This document shows positions 1 through 8,906 of a stretch of 64,000 nt of DNA, in pieces; within the stretch, counting starts at the first letter, position 1; each line of letters starts with the position of its first letter. The notes under the pieces were generated by a model. The model was not told where the DNA came from, did not search any database, and saw only the letters and a program-made list of their open reading frames with translations. Where the stretch lies: positions 2,477 to 66,476 of the forward strand of contig JAMCTX010000002.1 in assembly GCA_023381255.1 (NCBI GenBank), in the 5' to 3' direction. The stretch comes from Nitrososphaerota archaeon. Its GTDB lineage: Archaea; Thermoproteota; Nitrososphaeria; Conexivisphaerales; UBA164. The position numbers and the translations under genes were made by a program.

Positions 1-200
1 ATAGAACATGTTATTTGTGTTATGATTGTTATAATTGGCAGAATAGGTTTCATAATATATGGGGCGGCTCGCCCATCCGAGGGGTGGCATTGCACTTTGT
101 CACTGCTTCCGCGGGCTGTTCCCCTGTCCCGTCTCGCTTTAGTGTCTTGCTGGATGCAATTGATGGGGTCATCGCCATAATGCCGTAACATATAGATAGG

Positions 201-773
201 TCAAATCAGCTTCTTCGACAGCAGGTTCCAGTAAATATCGAAAATTTCCCCATCGGTTATTGCATCTGAAATATCAATATCATGCAAGTGCTTCAATGAA
301 GCAACCTTCAGGGCTACGAGGGCGAACATTGCCAGGTGCGTCTTGCCTACCTTGTACTCTTTGTAGATTTCCCTGATATACAGTGCCGCGGTGTCCATCA
401 TTTCCCTGTTCGTGATGCTGTACATTCCCGCATAATGTATCATGTAATTCAATGCTTTCTTTAGCAACGGCGGGTCGGTCTTGCGCCACGTGAACTGGTT
501 GTCTGGAGGGCCGCCGTGGTTCCTGTGGTCGTCGATCTGGTTCACGTACATTGAAAGCCCCAACATGTCCTCGATTATCGGCATGATCCGTGCCATGGTC
601 ATTTTGTTTGGCTTAACCTTGCCATGCTGCCAATAATATACGGTTGTCTTTGACACGCCAAATATTTTCGCCATAGCCGTATAGCTCATCGTAGCGTGCA
701 GCTCGGTTATCAATCCATCAAACCCGGAAATTTCTTTTGCCATCATATTATATAGATATGCACCACCGTTCAA
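201..773 (-). CDS. HTH-domain protein (viral regulator-like)
   Basis: N-terminal HTH 'SYTAMAKIFGVSKTTVYYWQHG'; last gene of the minus-strand operon. Confidence 0.6.
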   Translation of the reverse strand: MNGGAYLYNMMAKEISGFDGLITELHATMSYTAMAKIFGVSKTTVYYWQHGKVKPNKMTMARIMPIIEDMLGLSMYVNQIDDHRNHGGPPDNQFTWRKTDPPLLKKALNYMIHYAGMYSITNREMMDTAALYIREIYKEYKVGKTHLAMFALVALKVASLKHLHDIDISDAITDGEIFDIYWNLLSKKLI

Positions 774-1033
774 TCATCATTGAACGCTTTGTTAAATTCG
801 TTCAATCTTATTCCGTTAATTTTGATGGTAATGCGCTCATCTATCTTTTTTTGGCCGTTCAGGTACGACCTTTCCTCCGCCGACAATAAGCGCATAAAGA
901 CCTGCTCGTTTATCTCCACTGCCGGGGCCGGCTGCTTGCCGTCGCGCTGCGTTGCGTGCTTTCTCCTGCCCTTCTTTGCGCCCCTTTTCATCAATCCAGG
1001 CTGCGCGGGCTTTGGCAATAGCTTCTTGCTCAT
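770..1033 (-). CDS. Hypothetical basic protein
   Basis: ATGA overlaps with both neighbours. Confidence 0.55.
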   Translation of the reverse strand: MSKKLLPKPAQPGLMKRGAKKGRRKHATQRDGKQPAPAVEINEQVFMRLLSAEERSYLNGQKKIDERITIKINGIRLNEFNKAFNDD

Positions 1034-1326
1034 TGCTTGACCAGCCTCACAAAGTCGTCAAGGTCAATCATGACTATATTCTTTTTTGTGCCCGCTTCGT
1101 GAAATATGACCATCGGGATTTTGTTTTCTTCTTTTGCCTTTGCCACCGTTTCATTGTATGTTTTGTAGAACGGTATCTGCTTCCGGTACTTGATTTCGAT
1201 AAAGAATTTATTATGCAGCGTGTCCGACTTTGTCATTCTGGAGTTGGAGCCGCTCAACGGTGTCCTTGTGGTGCCGAAAGCCTTGGCGATCCGCCGCTCC
1301 AGTTGTTTCCACGCCGGGTTTGTCAT
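1030..1326 (-). CDS. PD-(D/E)xK nuclease, viral Holliday-junction-resolvase-like
   Basis: 'WKQLERRIAK...PLSGS...SD...FFIEIK' pattern. Confidence 0.7.
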   Translation of the reverse strand: MTNPAWKQLERRIAKAFGTTRTPLSGSNSRMTKSDTLHNKFFIEIKYRKQIPFYKTYNETVAKAKEENKIPMVIFHEAGTKKNIVMIDLDDFVRLVKQ

Positions 1327-2024
1327 TCTTGCACCACCATCGGGAACTCCCTGATTCGCAAATCTTTTGGAAAATCATTCAGGTCGCCCCCAGGTCTTGC
1401 GCCACCAAGCTGCTTCATCCAGACCGCAACGCCCTGCTCCTTTGCCTGCCTGACGATTGAGCGCGCCCATTCGAGCCTCATTGGCCTGTGCCTCGGTCCC
1501 GATTCACCGCCGATGATTACGAGATTTATACCCGTAAGGTTCAAATCCCCAAGCTCCCCAAGCAGCGGCTCAAAGGATACGAACTTTGTCCTTGCCGATG
1601 TTGAAACCAGGCTGTCAATCCTTTTCAGGTACAAAGGCAGCTCCACGGACACGCCAAGCCAGAGGTTTTGCGGGAACGGTTCCCCTATCCATGTTTCATA
1701 GGCAACCATCCTTTCGGCGCGCTTTGTCAGCACCTGGAATGTCACGTCGGGCCTGCTCGCTATCAACCCCATTGTTTCCTTCACGAATTCAAATGAGACA
1801 TACTCGTGAAACAGGTCTGACATGCTGTTCACAAATACCTTTGCTCCTGCCGGCAGCTTTGAAACCTGCCCAAGCCTTTCCGGGTGTATCTGCACGTCAA
1901 AGCTCCTGCCGAACCTCCTTGACCACGTCTCTGCATAGCAATTCTGACAGCCAGGCGACACCTTGCTGCAACCGGTAACCGGGTTCCATGTTATGTCCGT
2001 CCATGAAATGCCTGTTTTGTTCAT
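1323..2024 (-). CDS. DUF5131 (phage Gp37/Gp68-like) radical-SAM-like protein
   Basis: 'ISWTDITWNPVTGCSKVSPGCQNCYA', 'FVNSMSDLFHE', 'LTKR', 'SFEPLLG', 'IIGGESG'. Confidence 0.9.
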   Translation of the reverse strand: MNKTGISWTDITWNPVTGCSKVSPGCQNCYAETWSRRFGRSFDVQIHPERLGQVSKLPAGAKVFVNSMSDLFHEYVSFEFVKETMGLIASRPDVTFQVLTKRAERMVAYETWIGEPFPQNLWLGVSVELPLYLKRIDSLVSTSARTKFVSFEPLLGELGDLNLTGINLVIIGGESGPRHRPMRLEWARSIVRQAKEQGVAVWMKQLGGARPGGDLNDFPKDLRIREFPMVVQE

Positions 2025-2353
2025 TCCGACTTGCCTCCTTTTGACCTGATTGTTCTCAGTATATTTTCAACCGGCCAGTCGAACATTCGTTCAATATCAT
2101 GCATGTGCTCAAATTCGGTGTACACACGGTGATTTTTGCGGTTAAATATCACGTCTATCGTTATGTCATAATAATTCATTTCATCGAAACCGTACTCAAT
2201 GAACCAGTACAATTTGTTTTTTTGAAATCTGTATATGTCCCATTGCCTGCCCCACCGTTCCTGCGTCTTTATCGGCTTTATTTCGTTGCCATCGGCATCA
2301 ATAATCTTTTCAGATTGGCGTTCAATCCACATTTTGTAATATATGTCGGTCAT
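2021..2353 (-). CDS. Hypothetical protein
   Basis: Operon-coupled ORF. Confidence 0.55.
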   Translation of the reverse strand: MTDIYYKMWIERQSEKIIDADGNEIKPIKTQERWGRQWDIYRFQKNKLYWFIEYGFDEMNYYDITIDVIFNRKNHRVYTEFEHMHDIERMFDWPVENILRTIRSKGGKSE

Positions 2354-2571
2354 TCTGAATCCTCCGTTATACCATCAAGCAGCTCGGATACTTTGGTAAG
2401 CGTGTTATCAACGTCATCAATAAATTTGGCATCAGTAGCCGGCTCCGGAAGGCTTTTTATCTCATCAAGGCTGTCACTTACACTTATGAGCTGTTCCTGT
2501 ATAAACTCAATAAAATTATCAAGCTCTTCGATTTTGGTCATCAATTCCTGTAAAGTTTTGCTCTCACTCAT
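2350..2571 (-). CDS. Acidic coiled-coil hypothetical protein
   Basis: Heptad pattern; operon-coupled. Confidence 0.55.
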   Translation of the reverse strand: MSESKTLQELMTKIEELDNFIEFIQEQLISVSDSLDEIKSLPEPATDAKFIDDVDNTLTKVSELLDGITEDSE

Positions 2572-3094
2572 TTTGTTCTGCCTCCCTGTTTATTTTCAAA
2601 ACTGCGTATGCCGCCAGGTTGCGTTCTGGCTCATTAAATTCTGTTTCATAACCCGAATTCCAGTATTCCAGAACAAAATCAGATATGTTTATTCTCCCAA
2701 GGTTTTTCAGGCCATGAACCCTTACTTTGCCGTCCTTGAATTGCGCATCAGATTGACCGTCAACCTTTGCGCGATAAAACTCCTGCACCATGACTGAACC
2801 GGTTTCGTATGAAATTTCTATTATTGCGTTGCATTTTGGAATCTGCTGAACCTCATCACAAAGCTCGTTTTCATAGGCATATATGTATTTTTTGAATTCT
2901 TTGCTGACAAGCTTTACCGGCACGGTGAAAGCTGTTATGTCATATTCCGCATCATTAGAAAGCTTCACATCATAATATTTGTCGGCAAAAAGCAGTATTT
3001 TAAGCACCTTTTCGCGCCTTATAATCAGGTCATAAACCAGCACGGCTATCAAGCCCGCGGTTGTAGTTGTTGCCATTGTTGAAATGAGATTCAT
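2564..3094 (-). CDS. Hypothetical protein with N-terminal membrane anchor
   Basis: Hydrophobic 'AGLIAVLVYDLII' followed by basic residues. Confidence 0.55.
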   Translation of the reverse strand: MNLISTMATTTTAGLIAVLVYDLIIRREKVLKILLFADKYYDVKLSNDAEYDITAFTVPVKLVSKEFKKYIYAYENELCDEVQQIPKCNAIIEISYETGSVMVQEFYRAKVDGQSDAQFKDGKVRVHGLKNLGRINISDFVLEYWNSGYETEFNEPERNLAAYAVLKINREAEQNE

Positions 3095-3249
3095 TCTGTC
3101 TCTTCCTCCAGTATTTCATTGATTATTTTCACGGAGTCGGTCTTAGCTTGGTTGTACATGGCTTTGTGGTATTCGCACAGCTCTATCCACGCATAGTTGC
3201 CTTCATCGTAGTAAAGGCAGCCGCATTTCAGGTAGGTGGCGATTGTCAT
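3091..3249 (-). CDS. 52-aa putative Zn-binding microprotein (not in ORF track)
   Basis: Manual translation MTIATYLKCGCLYYDEGNYAWIELCEYHKAMY...ETE*; ATGA overlap at both ends; CxC...CxxH. Confidence 0.6.
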   Translation of the reverse strand: MTIATYLKCGCLYYDEGNYAWIELCEYHKAMYNQAKTDSVKIINEILEEETE

Positions 3250-3725
3250 TCTGTTCCTGCCTCCCGCCGTATTTTTGTGACAAGGAAAACAAGCATTCCG
3301 TTGCCTGGGTGCGATATTGGCGTTCCAATTAATTCATATACATCATTGACCCTGATAACCGGAAGCGATTTCTGGAATACATATACCGGCATTGTATAAA
3401 GGAACGGATATATTTCATCACCAAAATGGCGGTTAGGTTGTTCAATGGTAACTATGCTGATTATCGCATATTGGTCTATTATAACGTCTCCTTCAAGCTT
3501 TTTTATAATTTGTTTCAGCCTTTTCATCGATACCGAACCGTACGTTCCCAGTAATTTGAGTAGTTGCGGGTCTCCGTCATGAAAACTGAAATCAGGGCCT
3601 GACAATGGAACAACGAAGTTTGCAGATATATAGATTATTTTTGCCTTAACGATCAAGGTTTTATTGATATATTTAGGGTCAAGAATATCGGACGGGTTTT
3701 CAAGCCTTATTGGTTCGCCGCTCAT
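3246..3725 (-). CDS. Hypothetical protein, possibly MCM N-terminal OB-fold-like
   Basis: Start reassigned to the ATG at 3725 (ATGA overlap); 'YINKTLIVKAKII' and 'RVNDVYELIGTP' resemble MCM OB-fold strands. Confidence 0.45.
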   Translation of the reverse strand: MSGEPIRLENPSDILDPKYINKTLIVKAKIIYISANFVVPLSGPDFSFHDGDPQLLKLLGTYGSVSMKRLKQIIKKLEGDVIIDQYAIISIVTIEQPNRHFGDEIYPFLYTMPVYVFQKSLPVIRVNDVYELIGTPISHPGNGMLVFLVTKIRREAGTE

Positions 3726-4000
3726 TCTATTCTCCCTCCGTGAAAATGCCATTCCGCATGGGCAAGCGCGTCTGAATAGGTCAATGACATGAAACCGCAC
3801 GGCTTTACCACGTTCTTTTTCTGCTCTTTGTCAAACCGTATTATTGGCTTTTTGCAGGTATATTCCTTCCATGTCCTGTCACTCATGTACATGATCCTGA
3901 TTTTGAAATTGAAGAGCAGTTTCTCGCTTTCTACCGGGCTGTCCTGCGAGTAGTATTCGTCTAATATGTATTTGCTGTTCTGCTGCACTTCCTCTGTCAT
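3722..4000 (-). CDS. C2H2-like zinc-finger protein, paralogous to the C-terminus of the 4380-6380 protein
   Basis: YTC...CGF...ALAHAEWH; start at 4000 follows GGAGG. Confidence 0.55.
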   Translation of the reverse strand: MTEEVQQNSKYILDEYYSQDSPVESEKLLFNFKIRIMYMSDRTWKEYTCKKPIIRFDKEQKKNVVKPCGFMSLTYSDALAHAEWHFHGGRIE

Positions 4001-4383
4001 GGCCGTGCCTCCTCCAAAAGGTGCATCGCATACCATGTGGCAAGCCCTTCCAGGTTGACCCTGATTTTAAGCCCGTGTTCAAAATCCTCGCTGAGGAGCA
4101 TTACAACGTCTATGTTAGGGTCGTCAACTGCGTAATATGCAAGCAGCTCTATCTTTGCCATGTCGTTTATGCTGTCAAGCCTGAAAATCAGCGGGTTGCC
4201 GTTTATTTTTATTGCTATAAGTTCGTAAAGGTCTTTTCCAATCATTAATGAATATTCCTGTGTCTCCCAGTCAACTTCCCCGCCTTCCGGCAGCGTTCCT
4301 CCAGGCACCTTTACTATGACTTTGCCTTCAATGAACGCCAGGTTCATCGGCATTGCCGTTTTAATTAACTCCTGATAATTCAT
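3997..4383 (-). CDS. Hypothetical protein
   Basis: Operon-coupled ORF. Confidence 0.55.
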   Translation of the reverse strand: MNYQELIKTAMPMNLAFIEGKVIVKVPGGTLPEGGEVDWETQEYSLMIGKDLYELIAIKINGNPLIFRLDSINDMAKIELLAYYAVDDPNIDVVMLLSEDFEHGLKIRVNLEGLATWYAMHLLEEARP

Positions 4384-6380
4384 TTCTTGCATGCCTCCAT
4401 GTGATTCAGTGCTTCAGCGATTGTTGTTGTCGCAAAGCCGCATTTCATGCACGTATAGAGCTTCACTTCTTTGCCTTCCACATCCTTTAGATATACCCTG
4501 TATCCGCTAAGTTGCCTCTCTTCCTGTTCTGTGCTATTGATAGCAAGATATGTGTCAATTGTACGAGCGATAACATATTTCTTGTTATCTTCCTGCAAGT
4601 TTGTGCCCGATCCGGCATTTGTGCCCGTTGTGCCCGTTGTTAACGGGGTTTGAGCGGGTATTTTATCGTCTTTTTTGACGTTGCCGTTATTTTCCTTTTT
4701 TGTTTCATTGACTTGGTGTTCAGGGTCAATGTTGTCTAAACTGCCTGTTTTTTGTTCTGTTTTCCCCTTATTGATGGGCACATCGGGCACTTTTGGCATA
4801 TCGGGCACAATTGACTTTAACGCCAATAGCTCATCCTTAGACCATATATATCCGTGGACTGTACTGGGGCCATCTCTCCATTTGGTTACATGCCCAAACA
4901 ACTGTTCCTTGATTATTGACCCAACCCAGTGTGTCGATATTACCCGGTTGTCATTTCCAATAAGCTTGGTTTCAGATTGCTTGCCTGTCTTGTCGATATA
5001 AGGCATCATCTCATCCTTAAGCCTTGACCATATTTGTTCAAACGGCACCCTTATTTTGTCATTCTCATACGAATAGTTGCTTTCCTTTGACATATCGAAA
5101 ATTATGTTAATTATTGCGGTAATTGCACTGTTCCCTGTTTCCTCGTCCTTTTCTTTTAGATATTCTTTTACAAATTCACGCATTTCCTGTTCAAGCTCCG
5201 GGGATATCATTTTTGCCAGCGTTATTATTCCGCCAAAGTGTTCCCAATCTCGCCCTTCCTCTATCTGGGAATCTTCGTCAGGAACCTCAAAGCTTGCATA
5301 ATTGGCAACTTTCCACAACAACAAATCGTTCCTGATCTGGTTAAGATTGGCCATAACGGCTTTGTTCCTGTAAAGCTGGCTCCTCGGTTTCTTTGGTTTC
5401 CCATGAATGGCGCGAATGAACATGTATCTGTCCGAATCTGCGTCATCGCCATGCAGCTTGTTTGACCCGACTATCCTTGACCCGTATATATGAAAATTGC
5501 GGACAACCATCCTGTCATATTCCTTGTCACTTCTTGGAACGGTTGCGCCGGGTATATCCCCTTCTCTTGCTATTTCTCTCATTGTGTCGTTTGCCTTTTC
5601 AAATTCCCTGATAATGATAAGCGGCGCATATTCAATTTCCCATCCAAGCGTCCTGTATATTGCGGGTTCGCTCGGTGTTACACCGCTGAACGGCCTGTAC
5701 CCGAGAGATTCTGAAATGATTTGCAACGTTGTCTTGCCTGACCTTCTTGCCCCTATCAACCACAGAAACACCGAACCTATGCTTCTTGTCAGCATGTATG
5801 AATGTATTATGTACAGCGAAAGGAACTTGTGGAGCCTCGGGTCGGAGTAATAGAAATAATCCGTTACAATTGAATGCACCTCTTCGTAAACACTTTTCAA
5901 ATCCGGGGATTTGTTCTGATTAATATATTCATTATTGTCGTCAAACGTGTAAGGCTTAATATACTGAACCGGATGCACCCTGACCGTGTTTGCGTCTATG
6001 TAGTCGGAGAACATATACTTCCCCTTTTCATAGTATATGAACATGTCCTTCCCGGCTGTCCTGATCGCCTCATAGCATGTGTCTCCGTCAACCCAGAACG
6101 GCACATAATACTTCTGTTTGACAACGGATTCATTGACAAGCTCAGGCATTATGGTGGCAAAGTTCCTGATTATTTCGGCGCGGGCTTCCTTCTTAATACC
6201 TAAACGGTTCAGCGTCTTGTCAATTGCGTCAAGATAATTTTCTATCGTTGATTCATGGCTAATAAGGAAACTGAACACCTGCCCGTTGACCTCTAACCTG
6301 AAAAGCAACCCGTCATTTGTGATCGTGACGGTGCCATAGTCCTTGATTTCATACTCCTTTTTCTTTGCATCAATAACCAT
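4380..6380 (-). CDS. P-loop NTPase, putative replication helicase/initiator with C-terminal Zn finger
   Basis: Walker A 'GARRSGKTT'; Walker-B-like 'LIIIREFE'; low-complexity linker; 'YTCMKCGF...H...C'. Confidence 0.7.
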   Translation of the reverse strand: MVIDAKKKEYEIKDYGTVTITNDGLLFRLEVNGQVFSFLISHESTIENYLDAIDKTLNRLGIKKEARAEIIRNFATIMPELVNESVVKQKYYVPFWVDGDTCYEAIRTAGKDMFIYYEKGKYMFSDYIDANTVRVHPVQYIKPYTFDDNNEYINQNKSPDLKSVYEEVHSIVTDYFYYSDPRLHKFLSLYIIHSYMLTRSIGSVFLWLIGARRSGKTTLQIISESLGYRPFSGVTPSEPAIYRTLGWEIEYAPLIIIREFEKANDTMREIAREGDIPGATVPRSDKEYDRMVVRNFHIYGSRIVGSNKLHGDDADSDRYMFIRAIHGKPKKPRSQLYRNKAVMANLNQIRNDLLLWKVANYASFEVPDEDSQIEEGRDWEHFGGIITLAKMISPELEQEMREFVKEYLKEKDEETGNSAITAIINIIFDMSKESNYSYENDKIRVPFEQIWSRLKDEMMPYIDKTGKQSETKLIGNDNRVISTHWVGSIIKEQLFGHVTKWRDGPSTVHGYIWSKDELLALKSIVPDMPKVPDVPINKGKTEQKTGSLDNIDPEHQVNETKKENNGNVKKDDKIPAQTPLTTGTTGTNAGSGTNLQEDNKKYVIARTIDTYLAINSTEQEERQLSGYRVYLKDVEGKEVKLYTCMKCGFATTTIAEALNHMEACKK
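4601..4810. repeat. Inverted clusters of TGTGCCCG iteron-like repeats (candidate replication origin)
   Basis: TGTGCCCG at 4602, 4620, 4629; inverted exact or near copies at 4775, 4784, 4802; perfect 10-bp IR 4601-4610/4801-4810; T-rich spacer between. Confidence 0.5.
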
Positions 6381-6696
6381 GCTTGCTCAACCACACACCA
6401 ACTTTTTGTTTCTGCCCTTCATGCTTCATTATTTCCGGCTTGGGATTATTCGACAGTTTCGAATTGATGCTTTGCCATGCAGTTCTTACCTTTTCAATTG
6501 CGTTTAACCGGTCATTAAAACCATCTATCGAATCAAAGGCTTTCATGGCCACCAGGTCGCCTAACGGTATGTCAAATGGTTGCCCCGGATTGTAATTCCA
6601 CCTTGTAGGTGTTCCGTTGAATTTTACCTTGATAAGGCCATATTCATTGATTTCTACTTCAATTGAATTCTGTCCGTAGAATATAGTTCTGTTCAT
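6370..6696 (-). CDS. Hypothetical protein
   Basis: Operon-coupled ORF. Confidence 0.55.
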   Translation of the reverse strand: MNRTIFYGQNSIEVEINEYGLIKVKFNGTPTRWNYNPGQPFDIPLGDLVAMKAFDSIDGFNDRLNAIEKVRTAWQSINSKLSNNPKPEIMKHEGQKQKVGVWLSKHGY

Positions 6697-7034
6697 TGCC
6701 CCATGACCTCCGCTATGTATTCAAGTGCTATTTCATCGCCTGCCTGCTTTGCTTCATTGATATTCTTCATGTTTGGAAAATTGTGAATTATCCTGTTTAC
6801 GATTTCTGTCCATGCTTCGTTTGCATCTATGCCCTTTCTCGCCAGCACCTGCAAGAATTTCTTTCTTATGTCGATCCTGCCGACAGGGCCGACGTAACAA
6901 TTCTTGGTCTCCGCCTGCCACTTGTGGTGGATGTACCAGTATTGCCTGTTGCCGCGCGCAAGCACTACAAGCTCGCCTACGGCATCATGCTTCACGCAGT
7001 AGCCGTGCTTCACTGTTTTTTGCTCGGCGATCAA
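6693..7034 (-). CDS. Putative DNA-binding protein of archaeal mobile elements
   Basis: 'RGNRQYWYIHHK...KNCYVGP' resembles SSV1 D-335 N-terminal-like motifs. Confidence 0.45.
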   Translation of the reverse strand: MIAEQKTVKHGYCVKHDAVGELVVLARGNRQYWYIHHKWQAETKNCYVGPVGRIDIRKKFLQVLARKGIDANEAWTEIVNRIIHNFPNMKNINEAKQAGDEIALEYIAEVMGQ

Positions 7035-7276
7035 TGATACATGCCTCCCTGTTTTCCCTGAGGTTGCTTCACAAGGCCCTGCGGAACCTGGGCCAATCTC
7101 ACCACGTTTGTAGTTTGCACCGCGTAGATTGGAATCCCGGTGTTCGGGTCGTTGCCCATCCTCATTACGCCGGCTATCTCCATTTTCACCTTCAGCACAG
7201 TGCCGTCCTTGAGCTTCAGCGTGACCCAGTGGTCCGCCCCTTCATCGGCAAAGTCAACCAATTCAGGCGCGCTCAT
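7031..7276 (-). CDS. Small conserved-looking hypothetical protein
   Basis: 'WVTLKLKDGTVLKVK...DPNTGIPIYAVQTTNVV'. Confidence 0.6.
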   Translation of the reverse strand: MSAPELVDFADEGADHWVTLKLKDGTVLKVKMEIAGVMRMGNDPNTGIPIYAVQTTNVVRLAQVPQGLVKQPQGKQGGMYH

Positions 7277-7515
7277 ATTTTTGCCTCCGCCTTCATTTTC
7301 TTATACAGTTCAAGCGCGCCAATTTCGGCCGCTTCAATATAACCGTGCTTATGCTCTATTCGTGAAGCGAAAGAATAATGTATTGAATGCTCAAATTTGC
7401 GGCGCAAACTGTCTATTTGGTTGCATGTTTCGTTGTCTAAGCAGTCGAAATTCTCAAGAATGTCTATGAGGAAATCTATTTCATCCGTTTCTAAGCTGAC
7501 CCTAATTTTACTCAT
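7273..7515 (-). CDS. Hypothetical protein
   Basis: Operon-coupled ORF. Confidence 0.5.
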   Translation of the reverse strand: MSKIRVSLETDEIDFLIDILENFDCLDNETCNQIDSLRRKFEHSIHYSFASRIEHKHGYIEAAEIGALELYKKMKAEAKI

Positions 7516-7892
7516 TCCTGCACCACTTCCTCCTCTGTTTTGGGAACGAATGAATCCGGCACCCTGTATTTGATTTTATACATGTCATGCCATATGCGTG
7601 AAACACAATGGCTTGTGTCTAATTTGTCGATGGCCTTATGAACCAGGCGCGCTCCCCTCGTTTTATAGTCAAATATTATTGGGTACGGTATGAACAACGC
7701 CCTCTGGTAATTGCTTTCATCCGTAAAGTATAACCCCAATAGCCAGTAGTACCTGTCATCATTGATTTCGCATTCATCAAATTTATCTATGAGAACATAT
7801 AGAGACTGTTCTAAGATATCACGCTCTTTAAGCAGCACCGCCGTGTCAAAGAACAGCTTGTTTTTTAGGTATAGGTATCCTTTTTGTTTCAT
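7512..7892 (-). CDS. Hypothetical protein
   Basis: Operon-coupled ORF. Confidence 0.5.
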   Translation of the reverse strand: MKQKGYLYLKNKLFFDTAVLLKERDILEQSLYVLIDKFDECEINDDRYYWLLGLYFTDESNYQRALFIPYPIIFDYKTRGARLVHKAIDKLDTSHCVSRIWHDMYKIKYRVPDSFVPKTEEEVVQE

Positions 7893-8365
7893 ATTTGCGC
7901 CACCTCCACAAGCCTCAGCACGCGATCCGCAAGCCTGGGGTAGGTCTTTGACGTGTAGTGCGCCAAAGTCTGCATGTATGCTTCATCGCAAAGGTCGCAA
8001 AGGTATCCGTGTATCCTGCCGCTGACTACGTGAATGTTGACATGGTAGCCGCCCCTTTCCAGGGTGAATTCGTGCCCGCATAGCTCACACGCTTGGGGCT
8101 TATATTGAATTGCCGCCGAAAGCATGAATTCCTCTGACGGGAATCCCGCATTCTGCCTCCAGTCAAGCGGGAACGGGTTCCTTATCAAATCCCCTGAAAT
8201 GCGCTGGTAGTAATACCACGTGTTCTTGATTAGCTGCGTCGGCTCGTTGTAGAACATGCATGCAATTTCAAAAGGCACGTAATTGTGGTCCACCACCTCC
8301 GCGCGCCTGTAAGCGTCATTCTTGGCCTTTAACGGTCTCCACGGCAGGCTTTCGATGTTGGTCAT
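7889..8365 (-). CDS. Endonuclease VII-like (His-Me finger) Zn-binding protein, catalytic residues apparently degenerate
   Basis: 'CELCG...YHVNIHVVSGRIHGYLCDLCD' versus the EndoVII consensus CxxC...VDHDHxTGxVRGLLCxxCN. Confidence 0.5.
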   Translation of the reverse strand: MTNIESLPWRPLKAKNDAYRRAEVVDHNYVPFEIACMFYNEPTQLIKNTWYYYQRISGDLIRNPFPLDWRQNAGFPSEEFMLSAAIQYKPQACELCGHEFTLERGGYHVNIHVVSGRIHGYLCDLCDEAYMQTLAHYTSKTYPRLADRVLRLVEVAQI

Positions 8366-8619
8366 TGCATGTGAACCTCCTTAGAAATGGAATCAGGCTG
8401 AATTTCATCTGTAATTTCGTGTGTATATTCCACCTTTGCAGAAACGTATTTGACCCAATCTTCTACAACTATTCCATTTTTGTTCCTGATCTCTATTTCG
8501 TAATCCTGTATGTTCCATTTGTAATATTCGCTGCTGTATGCATGCATCGTTGTTCCGTCATATATTTCGAGAACCATTCCAATCAGTTTTATTTTTTTGT
8601 ATGTTTGTTCAGGGTTCAT
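8362..8619 (-). CDS. Hypothetical protein
   Basis: Start reassigned to MNPEQ (ATGA overlap, GGAGG upstream). Confidence 0.5.
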   Translation of the reverse strand: MNPEQTYKKIKLIGMVLEIYDGTTMHAYSSEYYKWNIQDYEIEIRNKNGIVVEDWVKYVSAKVEYTHEITDEIQPDSISKEVHMQ

Positions 8620-8906
8620 TGCTTGCAGCCTCCTTTTAAAAACCATTCTAAAGCGTCAATCTTTCCGCAGATGTACATTTCTTTTGCAAAGTCAGTTCCG
8701 GGGGTCGAGCTTCGCAAGATTTTATACTCCCTTTCCAACGCCATTTCAGCCTGCCAATCGTCGCGAAATTTGAGAGATTCGTTTAAACCGTCGATCCACC
8801 CCTTGTATTCTTGCTCCCCTTCGGGCGCGGGAAGCGCGCTTTGGTAGTCTTGCAGGTTTTTACCCACATTGCCTATTAATTTGTTTATTTCGCTTTCGCT
8901 TCTCAT
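8616..8906 (-). CDS. Hypothetical protein
   Basis: Operon-coupled; internal 'GWIDGL'/'GKIDALEW' repeat. Confidence 0.55.
   Translation of the reverse strand: MRSESEINKLIGNVGKNLQDYQSALPAPEGEQEYKGWIDGLNESLKFRDDWQAEMALEREYKILRSSTPGTDFAKEMYICGKIDALEWFLKGGCKQ

Noticed and set aside
59-142. GC-rich stretch after a TATA-like box (possible ncRNA or 27-aa ORF)
   Set aside because: No recognisable RNA family motifs or convincing fold, and it is at the window edge
952-2797. Long plus-strand ORFs (952-1701, 2099-2797) and similar antisense ORFs elsewhere
   Set aside because: They are shadows of well-supported opposite-strand genes and have no motifs of their own
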